IMG/VR virus record: IMGVR_UViG_3300002307_001710
Location: 1-30,623 of that record
Length of the DNA: 30,623 bases
Reading direction: 5' to 3' (one strand)
Source: a virus
Lineage: Duplodnaviria; Caudoviricetes
Position numbers and translations under genes: made by a program. This document shows, in pieces, positions 1 through 9,458 of the stretch. A model generated the notes under the pieces. It worked only from the letters and a program-made list of their open reading frames with translations, searched no databases and had not been told where the DNA came from. The stretch's first letter is position 1. Every line of letters begins with the position of its first letter.

Positions 1-1749
1 AAAACAAATCAACCATTAACATTTATGGTTACATTTAGTTTATTATCTGTAACTAATTTTACAGAATTACTTGAAAAATTTCTGAGCTGGCGTAAAACTT
101 ATAATGTTACTACTCAAAAGCAATGGCAACGAATTAGGGCCGATGTTCCTTATTTAAAAGAACCGTTACAATACGATATAAACATCTTACCGAAAAAAGA
201 TTTCTTACCATATATGTATAAATCTTTAGAGTTTATTAAAAATAATGTAGATGATACAGATCAAGGAAAATTTAGTCGTATTGAATACGAAAAGTTTCAA
301 CGTCTTATTAAATACATGGAGAAGACAGAATATCCTCGATACAAAGTATTAGAGGGTAGAAGGGATTTTTATGATTGGTTTAAAGAACACGATCGTCGAA
401 GAAATACTGATTTTATAAAAGTTTTTCCGGAAATGAAAGAATTTTATGAAAGTTGCAATATTGAAATGCTAGATTCTATGAAAGAAATAAAAAAGTTTTT
501 TGAAAATACTAATGAAGAAATTCCTAAAAGTGTATGCCCGATACCATGGATGCATTTAAATTTTGAACCTAATGGGAAAGTGGTTCCATGTTGTTTAACT
601 TCTACTCATAATTACTTTGCCGGCGATTTAACAACGCAGACTATTGAAGAAATTTGGAATAGTGATAATATGAAATCACTTCGCGTTCAAATGTTAAAAG
701 GCGAAGAACCATCGATCTGCAATAAGTGTTATGATCGAGAAAAGGTTACTGGTGAGAGTGGGCGATATTATCATGTCAAAACTTTTCCAGAAGTACTTCA
801 AAAAATACCAGACGTTACATTAGAAGATGGTACATGTACCGATATGGTGTTAAAATATTGGGATTTCCGATTTAGTAATCTTTGCAATTTAAAATGTAGA
901 AGTTGTGGTCCTCGATATAGTTCTTCATGGGTGCCCGATGCTAAAAAATTAGGATATACTGATCAAGAAAAAGTATGGAGTATCGATTCAGTTGACGATA
1001 AAACAAACTACGACTTTTTAAAAGATCAAGTAAGGTATGTTAAAAAGATTTATTTTGCTGGAGGAGAACCATTATTAATGCCTGAACATTGGCAAATTAT
1101 GGACATGTTAGTTAAAAATGAACGATTTGATGTTGAGCTTTCGTATAATACTAACTGTTCTGTTTTAACATATGGTGGGAAGAATATTCTTGATTATTGG
1201 AAGCATTGGGAATTTAAGAAACTCGAAGTATGGCCTAGCATTGATGAGATCGGTGAACGAGCAGAACTAATTCGATCAGGCACTGTCTGGCGTAAGATCG
1301 AGGAAAATCTTAAAGAATTATCGAAGCATACTAATATTATTGTACGTCCTGGTATTACTGTTGGCGCATGGAATGTTTTTAGACTTCCCGAAATAATCGA
1401 ACACTTAAAATCAATCGGGGTGATAACTGAATTTCACGAGTATCGAAATTATTTCATTAATCTATTAGAACACCCAACACACTATCACGTTCATATTTTA
1501 CCGGACGTGTTTCGAAAAGAGATAGTTAAAAAACTTGAAAATTTTGTTAATTCTCACGATGAAAAATACCAAGAAAATATTAGGTCAATATTTACACATA
1601 TAATTTATGAGCTTAATAAACCATTTAGTAAGAAAGATGCATTAAGTTTTATTGACATAACAGAAAAACTCGATAGCGTTAGAAATGAAAAACTTTTTGA
1701 AATAATTCCAGAAATGCGTATAATAAAGGAGAATGTCATTGGACAATAA
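1..1749 (+). CDS. Twitch/SPASM radical SAM protein, 5'-truncated, apparently two radical SAM units fused in tandem
   Basis: Frame is open from base 1 (KTNQPLTF before the Met at 25). Contains CPIPW...VPCC...CNKC (Fe-S module), CNLKCRSC (CxxxCxxC), AGGEP, YNTN and a C-terminal DSVRNEKLFEIIPEM. The first ~150 aa end in the analogous HDRRRNTDFIKVFPEM. Confidence 0.88.
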   Translation, partial: KTNQPLTFMVTFSLLSVTNFTELLEKFLSWRKTYNVTTQKQWQRIRADVPYLKEPLQYDINILPKKDFLPYMYKSLEFIKNNVDDTDQGKFSRIEYEKFQRLIKYMEKTEYPRYKVLEGRRDFYDWFKEHDRRRNTDFIKVFPEMKEFYESCNIEMLDSMKEIKKFFENTNEEIPKSVCPIPWMHLNFEPNGKVVPCCLTSTHNYFAGDLTTQTIEEIWNSDNMKSLRVQMLKGEEPSICNKCYDREKVTGESGRYYHVKTFPEVLQKIPDVTLEDGTCTDMVLKYWDFRFSNLCNLKCRSCGPRYSSSWVPDAKKLGYTDQEKVWSIDSVDDKTNYDFLKDQVRYVKKIYFAGGEPLLMPEHWQIMDMLVKNERFDVELSYNTNCSVLTYGGKNILDYWKHWEFKKLEVWPSIDEIGERAELIRSGTVWRKIEENLKELSKHTNIIVRPGITVGAWNVFRLPEIIEHLKSIGVITEFHEYRNYFINLLEHPTHYHVHILPDVFRKEIVKKLENFVNSHDEKYQENIRSIFTHIIYELNKPFSKKDALSFIDITEKLDSVRNEKLFEIIPEMRIIKENVIGQ

Positions 1750-2794
1750 CAATTTAATTTTTATCGATAAAGATTTAAATTACACGACTCTGAGTGCAGA
1801 ATCTGCGCATTCTTTAAACCGCAATCATTTGAAGGGATGGTACTGTAGTGCAGGGTTGCGTAGTTTGTACATCGATTTTGACGGCAATGTATTTAGGGGA
1901 GTTTGCGGTGAAGGAGGATGGATGGGGAATGTGAACAATCCAAACGGAATTGTTCATATGAAACAACTTTCTGATCATGAGTGGATTGAATGTACTAAAC
2001 AAGTCTGTTCATGTGGAGCAGATATGGCGATCCCAAAGGTGAAGAACAAAGGGGACATTAGTAAATTTTTTACCGAGCATACACGTGGGAAATTATTCTT
2101 ACGTACACGGCTCAAAGATGTGGACCCAATTGTGATCTATACTCGAGAACACGAGATGTTTAAAACAATTACCTGGGATATAGGTCGTAAATGTAACTTT
2201 GATTGTTGGTATTGTTCGAGCAATAGTCATAACACATTCGAAAGTGTTAAAAATTTAGACATGTTTAAGGTTGCATTGAGTAGCCTTAGCAAAGGATTCG
2301 TTAACGAACGGACTAAATTTATATTCACCGGTGGTGAACCGACAATATATAAAGATTATCTTCCGTTTGTTAAATTGTTAAAAGAAGCCGATCATATTAT
2401 ACACACAACAACTAACGGCAGTAATCTTGTTAGCTATTATTCAGAGCTTGCTAAATATAGCGATATTGTTTTTAGTATACATTTAAATTATGTTAAACAA
2501 TTTGGAATAGAAAAATTTTTAAATAACATCCAAGCTGCTATCGATACAACTTCTTTGGGTTATAAAGAAGACTCCGAATCACAACACAATTGGGTTATTG
2601 TTAGAATTATGTTAGACCCTGGTAATTTAGATATTGCCCGCGAAGTTTATGCACAATGTGCAGCGCAATTTGAAGAATCTAGTAATTTTGTACTTTCGGT
2701 CGATTTAGTGCATCAAACAGAAAACTCTCATTTGTTACATGCAGATTATACTGATGCAGAATTAGAATGGATAAACTCTATAAATGCTCAATAA
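1733..2794 (+). CDS. Radical SAM protein with an N-terminal twitch-like Cys module
   Basis: CNFDCWYC, FTGGEPT and TTNGS. N-terminal module GWYCSAG...IDFDGNVFRGVC...CTKQVCSC. Overlaps both neighbours. Confidence 0.88.
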   Translation: MSLDNNNLIFIDKDLNYTTLSAESAHSLNRNHLKGWYCSAGLRSLYIDFDGNVFRGVCGEGGWMGNVNNPNGIVHMKQLSDHEWIECTKQVCSCGADMAIPKVKNKGDISKFFTEHTRGKLFLRTRLKDVDPIVIYTREHEMFKTITWDIGRKCNFDCWYCSSNSHNTFESVKNLDMFKVALSSLSKGFVNERTKFIFTGGEPTIYKDYLPFVKLLKEADHIIHTTTNGSNLVSYYSELAKYSDIVFSIHLNYVKQFGIEKFLNNIQAAIDTTSLGYKEDSESQHNWVIVRIMLDPGNLDIAREVYAQCAAQFEESSNFVLSVDLVHQTENSHLLHADYTDAELEWINSINAQ

Positions 2795-3902
2795 AAGTAA
2801 CAGAATAATAATCAATGACCCTACTTTCGGGAGGTTATCTTACCACAAACGTTATATTTCGCCGACACAAATCCCTCTGCACGACAGACTTTGTAGAATG
2901 CCATTTGTATATGCAGAAGTTCGTCGATCGGGCGGAGTTAATATTTGCTGCCCGCAATGGAATCCAGTTGAAATCGGAAATGTGTTGCATGAAGATCTCC
3001 GTGATATTTGGAAAGGAGAAAAATCTAAAATTATTAGAGATTCTATAATAAATGGAAAATATAATTATTGCAATCATGACACCTGTCCGTCTATCCAAAA
3101 CTGGAGAACGCGCCTTATGGTCAAATCGGACCATAAAATCGATGAATTATTAGGCGAGATAGGCGAGATTCCTCAACATGTTTTGTTTGTTGTTGATGAG
3201 AGCTGTAATTTGTCATGCCCGTCATGCAGACAATGTAAAATTAGCCAACTTCCTAGCCAAGAGCAAGACACTGCAAAAAAGATCATAAGTAGCGTATTAA
3301 ATTCTTTATGCTATGAACCGCATAATCGGAAACAAATAATTGGCATGGACGGATCCGGAGAGATTTTTAGTTCCGAAGTTTATCGAGAAATTTTCGAAAC
3401 GGAAACAGTGTTCACCCAAACAGATAACTGGCCAAATTTGGGATTTGCCTTATCGACAAACGGCACAATGATGACTGAAAAGATACAAAAGAGATATTCT
3501 AAATTCTTTAATCAGATTAAAAAAATTGAAATTAGTATCGACGCCGGTAATCAAGAATCATATCAATCTGTAAGGGTCGGTGGGAATTGGAATTTATTGT
3601 GGAAAAATCTTCAATATTTTTATGATAACATTAAGCATAAAACAGACGATGAAATAATTTGGCAATGGAACATTATTGTTCAAAAAAATAATTTTGAATC
3701 GATTCCTGATTTTATAAATATTGCACATAAATTCTCAGAAAAACTCCCTATATTGAATTTTGCAAAGGTATTAAATTGGGGTACATGGACTGACGAGGAT
3801 TATATAAAATATGCTGTTCATTTACCAATAAATCCACAACACGAAGATTATTTAAAAATAATAAATATGCCATTATTGAAGAATTATCCGAAAATAATAT
3901 GA
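2784..3902 (+). CDS. Radical SAM protein with an N-terminal SPASM/twitch module
   Basis: CRMPF...ICC...IGN...IW...CNHDTC, then CNLSCPSC, GSGE, STNG, ISIDAG and YQSVRVGGNW. Confidence 0.88.
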   Translation: MLNKSNRIIINDPTFGRLSYHKRYISPTQIPLHDRLCRMPFVYAEVRRSGGVNICCPQWNPVEIGNVLHEDLRDIWKGEKSKIIRDSIINGKYNYCNHDTCPSIQNWRTRLMVKSDHKIDELLGEIGEIPQHVLFVVDESCNLSCPSCRQCKISQLPSQEQDTAKKIISSVLNSLCYEPHNRKQIIGMDGSGEIFSSEVYREIFETETVFTQTDNWPNLGFALSTNGTMMTEKIQKRYSKFFNQIKKIEISIDAGNQESYQSVRVGGNWNLLWKNLQYFYDNIKHKTDDEIIWQWNIIVQKNNFESIPDFINIAHKFSEKLPILNFAKVLNWGTWTDEDYIKYAVHLPINPQHEDYLKIINMPLLKNYPKII

Positions 3903-5944
3903 TTAAAGTACTTTATGTGACCGGTTGTAGTCATAGTGCAGGTGCAGAGATTACTCATCCAACATCGAGTCGAACTGCTAATGATTTAAATTTATCTTTC
4001 GGAGGGGTGCTAGCTTGTAAATGGAGAGTAATCCACAAAAACGATGCCATTCTGGGAGATTGCAACGAGAACATTGTATCAAATGCAATCCATGGAATAT
4101 TAAAACTGCTCGAAACTTATCGCTCCGACGAAATTTTTGTTATAATTGGGTGGACTGCGGCGTCTCGTTCATCTTATATCTACGAAGGTGTTAGATATAA
4201 ATTCTGCGGCCCTGACGATGAAAAAGAAACATGGCCAGGGGCTGTTAGCATGGCATATAAAAGTTGGGTATTAGCCGATTTTAATGATGCACTGAATAAA
4301 TTTTCAGTAAGTTATCTAACTACGGTGAACTTTTTAGAGTATCATGGCATCGATTATTGTATGTTTAATTCGGTACATCCTGTAGCTTATCCTGATAAAA
4401 ATTTTAGACACGAATTGTATAACAACGAGCCAACACTTAAAATTTTTGATCACATAAAACAAAATTCAAGATATTTGCAACCTTACGATCGGGAAATGAC
4501 TTATTGGCATTACTTAGGTGATATAAAGAATTTTGATGATCGATTAGAAGGCAGATGTTATCATTATAAAGAAGATGCACATAGTTGTTGGGCCGACATT
4601 TTAGAAAAATTTATTCTTTCTAATACGGGTACTATCTCTTCAATCCCATTCGCATTTCAAAACTGGAATTACAATTACGGTTGGTGGCATCCTAACAACA
4701 CTCCTGTTAATTTTATATACGATGGTGAGAAAAAGTTACCAATTTCACACGATTTTATGTGGTTCTCACGTGACAATTGTGGGTTGACGCGAGAAGAAGA
4801 TCTTTCTAACTTTAATAATCCGCCGATTAAATGGGATTTTTTGTTTAAATATAAAAATATTCAATATGAACAGCTGGAAGATCTCGATAACATGCGATAT
4901 ATCTTCCCGATAATGCTTAGAACATGGAATTATTTTTTAAAAAATAAAGATTATGGGCTTACTTTTATAAGCGATAAAGTTTTTGACGACGTTAAAAAAG
5001 GTTTTGCAAAAATTGTATTAATTAATCCGTTAGAAGGATGTTATTGTGAACCAGATTGGGATATATTAGACTCTTGGTGCAACGATAAAAATTTAACAAA
5101 AGATCAGATCTATCTTATTCATGGAAATCTATCCTTACCGACTAAAAATTATAATTTTACATATATTCCGATTAGTGTGTTTGAATTACATCTGACACCC
5201 ACAGACAACGCACTTCCATACGTACCTACAAATACCCAGAATTTATTTTTATGTTACAATAGAGCATTCAGAAAACACCGAATAGTCCTTGTATGCGAAC
5301 TAATCAAGGCACAAATTTTTAACAGAGGAATTATTAGTTGTCACAGTAATGGCCCGAACCAAACAGAATCAAATCTAAAATCATTTGGGAGAGAGGATCT
5401 GTGCGACGCCGGTGTTAAATTAGACGATATGTTTCCATTGGAATTAGAGTACCCTCTTGCAACGACTAATCCAGTATCTGTATTAACTCTATCGCATCAT
5501 ACACTGACGTTTCTATCATTAGTAACCGAAACATTAACCGAATTTGAAATACAAATATTGCATCCAACCCACGACGGAAATAACCCTCCAATTTTCTTTA
5601 GTGAAAAAATTTGGAAACCGATAGCGGCCGGCCAACCATTTATAGTAGTTGCATCTCACGGCTTCTTAAAAGAATTAAGAAATCGAGGTTATAAAACGTT
5701 TGATGGGTGGATTAATGAAGATTATGACCTAGAACCGGATCTTGATAAACGTATTAAAATGATAGTTGAAGAGTTAGAGAATTTATCAATACTTAGTATA
5801 ACTGAATTACAAACTATGCGAGAAAATATGCTTCCGATACTAAATCATAATTTAGCATTGTTTAAAACAACAAGAGATAACTACTGCAATAACGGTGACG
5901 AGCCTGTTTATCAGGAAATAGTAAAAATTTGGAAGAGTTTTTAA
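3899..5944 (+). CDS. Fusion of an N-terminal SGNH-hydrolase-like domain and a C-terminal glycosyltransferase-like domain
   Basis: N-terminus: LYVTGCSHSAG, IIGWT..SR and YHYKEDAH. C-terminus: FLCYNR..R.HR, SLVTET and FFSEKIWKPIAAGQPFIV (GT-B/GT10-like SEK motif). ATGA overlap with the previous gene. Confidence 0.6.
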   Translation: MIKVLYVTGCSHSAGAEITHPTSSRTANDLNLSFGGVLACKWRVIHKNDAILGDCNENIVSNAIHGILKLLETYRSDEIFVIIGWTAASRSSYIYEGVRYKFCGPDDEKETWPGAVSMAYKSWVLADFNDALNKFSVSYLTTVNFLEYHGIDYCMFNSVHPVAYPDKNFRHELYNNEPTLKIFDHIKQNSRYLQPYDREMTYWHYLGDIKNFDDRLEGRCYHYKEDAHSCWADILEKFILSNTGTISSIPFAFQNWNYNYGWWHPNNTPVNFIYDGEKKLPISHDFMWFSRDNCGLTREEDLSNFNNPPIKWDFLFKYKNIQYEQLEDLDNMRYIFPIMLRTWNYFLKNKDYGLTFISDKVFDDVKKGFAKIVLINPLEGCYCEPDWDILDSWCNDKNLTKDQIYLIHGNLSLPTKNYNFTYIPISVFELHLTPTDNALPYVPTNTQNLFLCYNRAFRKHRIVLVCELIKAQIFNRGIISCHSNGPNQTESNLKSFGREDLCDAGVKLDDMFPLELEYPLATTNPVSVLTLSHHTLTFLSLVTETLTEFEIQILHPTHDGNNPPIFFSEKIWKPIAAGQPFIVVASHGFLKELRNRGYKTFDGWINEDYDLEPDLDKRIKMIVEELENLSILSITELQTMRENMLPILNHNLALFKTTRDNYCNNGDEPVYQEIVKIWKSF

Positions 5945-7159
5945 ATGAAAGTTGCAATGATCGGTTGTGGGAAATTAGGATTACCATGTGCAGAAGTAAT
6001 GAATACACATTACGACGTTGTAGGTTATGATGTTATTAAAAATCTCGATTCTGAAATATTGTTGGTTGACACACTTGCAGACGCAATTACAGATAGAGAT
6101 TTAATTTTTGTTGCAGTACCAACCCCACATGATCCAATGTATGACGGTAGTACTCCTATTACTAATCTGCCACCGAAGGACTTTGATTACAGTATTGTGC
6201 AAACCGTCCTAAAGGAAATTAATCAACATACGACATCTGGACAATTAGTTGTGTTAATCAGTACAGTGTTACCGGGCACTGTGAGATTACATTTAGCACA
6301 ATATATTACTAATTGTCGATTTATCTATAACCCTTATCTAATTGCAATGGGTTCAGTAAAGTGGGATATGGTTAATCCCGAATGCTTAATTATCGGAACA
6401 CAAGATGGTTCTGAAACTAGGGACGCTAAACTATTAGTTGATTTTTATAAACCATTAATGGAAAATGATCCAAGAATTAATATCGGAACATGGGATGAAG
6501 CCGAAGCAATAAAAATTTTTTATAATACCTTTATTAGTACAAAAATTAGTCTAGTTAATATGATTCAAGATGTCGCTGAAAAAAATGGCAACATTAATGT
6601 CGATGTTGTTACAGATGCGTTAAAACATTCGACACACCGTATTACTGGACCAAAATATTTAACTGCCGGAATGGGGGATGCCGGAGCATGTCATCCTAGA
6701 GATAATATTGCATTAAGATATTTAGTAGATCGATTAGACCTAGGTTACGATTTATTTCACGCTATTATGAGCAGCCGTGATCATCAAGCTAAAAATCTAG
6801 CAACCAAACTCGTAGACTTATCTAAAAAACATGATTTACCGATAGTAATACATGGAAAGGCATATAAACCATATGTATCATATGAAATTGGAAGTTACAG
6901 TCTGTTAGTCGGACATTATATTAAAGAACAAGGGGTTAAGGCCAATTATGCAGATCCACTGACGAATAATGAATGGTCAGGAAAGGCAGTTATTTTAATG
7001 GCCCATAATCCTTCTGTGACGTATACAGGTACTGGAGTAGAAGTTAGGCCTGAAAAATTCTATTTTAATTTTGAACCAGGGAGTGTAATTTTAGATCCGT
7101 GGAGAACGATCGGCAAGATTCACGGATGCGAAGTTATACATTACGGTAATACAAGGTAA
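5945..7159 (+). CDS. ugd: UDP-glucose/GDP-mannose dehydrogenase family protein
   Basis: GCGKLG Rossmann motif, FVAVPTP, STVLPGT, EAIKIFYNTF, catalytic GACHPRD and G.AYKP. Confidence 0.9.
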   Translation: MKVAMIGCGKLGLPCAEVMNTHYDVVGYDVIKNLDSEILLVDTLADAITDRDLIFVAVPTPHDPMYDGSTPITNLPPKDFDYSIVQTVLKEINQHTTSGQLVVLISTVLPGTVRLHLAQYITNCRFIYNPYLIAMGSVKWDMVNPECLIIGTQDGSETRDAKLLVDFYKPLMENDPRINIGTWDEAEAIKIFYNTFISTKISLVNMIQDVAEKNGNINVDVVTDALKHSTHRITGPKYLTAGMGDAGACHPRDNIALRYLVDRLDLGYDLFHAIMSSRDHQAKNLATKLVDLSKKHDLPIVIHGKAYKPYVSYEIGSYSLLVGHYIKEQGVKANYADPLTNNEWSGKAVILMAHNPSVTYTGTGVEVRPEKFYFNFEPGSVILDPWRTIGKIHGCEVIHYGNTR

Positions 7160-7164
7160 AATAT

Positions 7165-7381
7165 ATGACAACAATAGTAATTTACGGAGATTCATTCGCA
7201 GACGCGCTTTAAATCTTTAGAATTAACCAACAAAGCATGGCCAAATTTATTAAAAAAATATTATAAAATTACAAATTATAGAGCAAACAGGTCTTCGATT
7301 TATTACAGTTATAAAAATTTCATTGATACACATACTCGATATAATAAGATTATTTTTATAAAAAATAAGATTGACTTTTAG
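7165..7381 (+). pseudogene. Frameshifted, truncated SGNH-like gene relic
   Basis: ATG 7165 reads MTTIVIYGDSFAD then stops at TAA 7210-7212. The +1 frame from ~7202 continues ...TNKAWPNLLKKYYKITNYRANRSSIYYSYKNFIDTHTRYNKIIFI to TAG 7379-7381. Confidence 0.7.
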
Positions 7382-7399
7382 ATTACTAAATGTTAAAAT
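7371..7399 (+). promoter_or_regulatory. Sigma70-type promoter with extended -10
   Basis: TTGACT (7371-7376), 17-nt spacer, TGn-TAAAAT (7394-7399). An A/T-tract (UP-like) lies upstream, and the site is 30 nt before ATG 7429. Confidence 0.8.
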
Positions 7400-7428
7400 A
7401 TGATTTTAAACAATATTAGGTATTGCAA

Positions 7429-8616
7429 ATGATTAAAGCAGCAAAAAAGACTAAAGCAAAACGTGTAACAAAAGATAGCATGAGGCAACATGCTGCTAGA
7501 GATCATAGCCCTACATGGGACGATTATGCTTCGTGGACTACAGCAGAATTTACAAAGAATTTTCGAGATGCAATGCAATACTATAATCTCGAATTTTCAT
7601 CTAAGGATTTAAAACCCGCAGTATTAAAGTGGATGAAGCGAGAAGAGTACGATGTAAACATCTATAATGCTTACAAAAAGACTAAAGATTGGCGAACCAG
7701 TATTACAATGGGAGCATTGGCAAGCTGTTTCCTCCGCGGAATGCCTGATACTTTTTCGGGATTCAATGATGATAGAAACTCTCGCCAATGGCTAGACACT
7801 GCAATCATCAATACCATTGGCCGCGGACAAGACGATATCGAAGAAGAGACAGACGATAAATCAACAGAAAACAAAACAACTATTCAAGAACGTGTAAAAG
7901 ATATTGCAATCTCTATGGTGCGTGATATTGATGATATTATTGAAACTTTTTATAAGATTCCTGAAGATTTCAATCCCAAGGCATTTAAAGTTATTAACAT
8001 CCTTAAAAGTAATCAAGTAAAAGCCGGGCATGCTCGTGTAATTAAAGAAATGTACGCGAGTGAAATGGCAGATTATGCTGCATTAGTAACCGGAACTGCT
8101 GATGACGACCTAAAGGAAGGATACATTCATCTTAGCAAATCACAAATTAAGAATATACTTACATTCTATCAAGAAATTCTGTGTGCATGTGATATGCTTA
8201 CTGAACAGGCAAAAGTAACTCGTAAGCCACGTTCTAAAACGCCTGTTGCAAAGGATAAACTTATTGCTAAACTTAAATTTAAGAAATCTGACGATGCACT
8301 TAAACTTGTAAGTATTACACCAACTGAAATTATTGGTGCTAAGGAACTTTGGGTGTTTAATACCAAGACTCGAAAACTTGGCCGGTATATTGCCGACGAA
8401 ATGACCGGGCCATTAACAGTTAAAGGCACAGGGATCGTAGGGTTTGACGAATATAAGAGTATTCAAAAGACAATTCGTAAACCTGAAGAAACATTAAAAG
8501 AATTTAAGACAGCCGGTAAAGTTGCATTGCGCACATTTTTAGATACAATTAATGCAACCGATACTAAAATGAACGGCCGACTTAACGAAGATACAGTGTT
8601 GTTAAAAATTCTTTGA
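7429..8616 (+). CDS. Hypothetical phage protein, probably early
   Basis: Long clean ORF. ATG 7429 follows AGGT and is preferred to TTG 7423. The C-terminus (IIGAKELWVFNTKTRKL...QKTIRKPEE...NGRLNEDTVLL) resembles a hypothetical family I associate with T4-like phages; function unknown. Confidence 0.75.
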   Translation: MIKAAKKTKAKRVTKDSMRQHAARDHSPTWDDYASWTTAEFTKNFRDAMQYYNLEFSSKDLKPAVLKWMKREEYDVNIYNAYKKTKDWRTSITMGALASCFLRGMPDTFSGFNDDRNSRQWLDTAIINTIGRGQDDIEEETDDKSTENKTTIQERVKDIAISMVRDIDDIIETFYKIPEDFNPKAFKVINILKSNQVKAGHARVIKEMYASEMADYAALVTGTADDDLKEGYIHLSKSQIKNILTFYQEILCACDMLTEQAKVTRKPRSKTPVAKDKLIAKLKFKKSDDALKLVSITPTEIIGAKELWVFNTKTRKLGRYIADEMTGPLTVKGTGIVGFDEYKSIQKTIRKPEETLKEFKTAGKVALRTFLDTINATDTKMNGRLNEDTVLLKIL

Positions 8617-9458
8617 TGATAATAGTGACCGGGGCATCGGGATTTATTGGATCTAATTTAATTAAAGAACTATTAAATCGAGGTGAACGCAACATTCGGG
8701 GTATAGACTACGAGTTTAGAAACTATACTCCAGGTGTTGTTTTTTCTCCCGCTGACGACTTCTATAAGAACTTAGGAACTTATTGCAACGATGCAACAGT
8801 TATTTTTCACGAAGGTGCAATATCATCTACTACTGAAACTGATTGGCAGAACCTATTAGATAGGAATGTTAATTGTACATGGAATTTAATATACTATTGT
8901 AGAGATAACAATATCCCTCTACAATACGCATCATCTGCATCAGTTTACGGTAATCCATCTATTGAAGAATGGAAAAATCTTAATAAGAACCTAACTCCAT
9001 TAAACTTGTACGCTAAGTCAAAGCAACAAATAGACTATGTAGCCGATCTTGTTATAAACAGTACACGCCCTCCTAAGTTATTACAAGGTATGCGTTACTT
9101 CAATGTATACGGGCCAAATGAAGATCATAAAGAAGATCAATCTAGTCCCTATTATAAATTTCAAAAACAACTCAACGATCTCGGAAGGATACAACTATTC
9201 GAAGGATCAAAAGAGTTCTATCGAGATTTTATATCAATTGATGACGTTATTACACAAAAATTGTATCATTTTGAAAATAGCCCGTCGGGAATATACGATA
9301 TAGGAACCGGAAATCCAAAATCATTTTACGATGTTGCAATAGAACTGTGCGGGTCAGAAACCTTTATCGAATGGATTCCGATGCCGGACGATTTAAAAGA
9401 TCATTATCAAAAATATTCGTGTGCTATTCAGTCCGATGTACTCCGTTTTCAGCATTAA
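8616..9458 (+). CDS. hldD: ADP-L-glycero-D-manno-heptose 6-epimerase-like SDR
   Basis: IIVTGASGFIGSNL, FHEGAISSTTE, YASSASVYG, PLNLYAKSK (YxxxK), RYFNVYGPNEDHK, LFEGS...RDFI and IPMPDDLKDHYQ. ATG 8616 overlaps the upstream TGA. Confidence 0.85.
   Translation: MIIVTGASGFIGSNLIKELLNRGERNIRGIDYEFRNYTPGVVFSPADDFYKNLGTYCNDATVIFHEGAISSTTETDWQNLLDRNVNCTWNLIYYCRDNNIPLQYASSASVYGNPSIEEWKNLNKNLTPLNLYAKSKQQIDYVADLVINSTRPPKLLQGMRYFNVYGPNEDHKEDQSSPYYKFQKQLNDLGRIQLFEGSKEFYRDFISIDDVITQKLYHFENSPSGIYDIGTGNPKSFYDVAIELCGSETFIEWIPMPDDLKDHYQKYSCAIQSDVLRFQH

Noticed and set aside
1733-2794. Possible viperin or QueE identity of this radical SAM
   Set aside because: Only generic CxxxCxxC, GGEP and TNG motifs are shared. 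The viperin-type NYHF/CFH and QueE-type F.R..GC contexts are absent.
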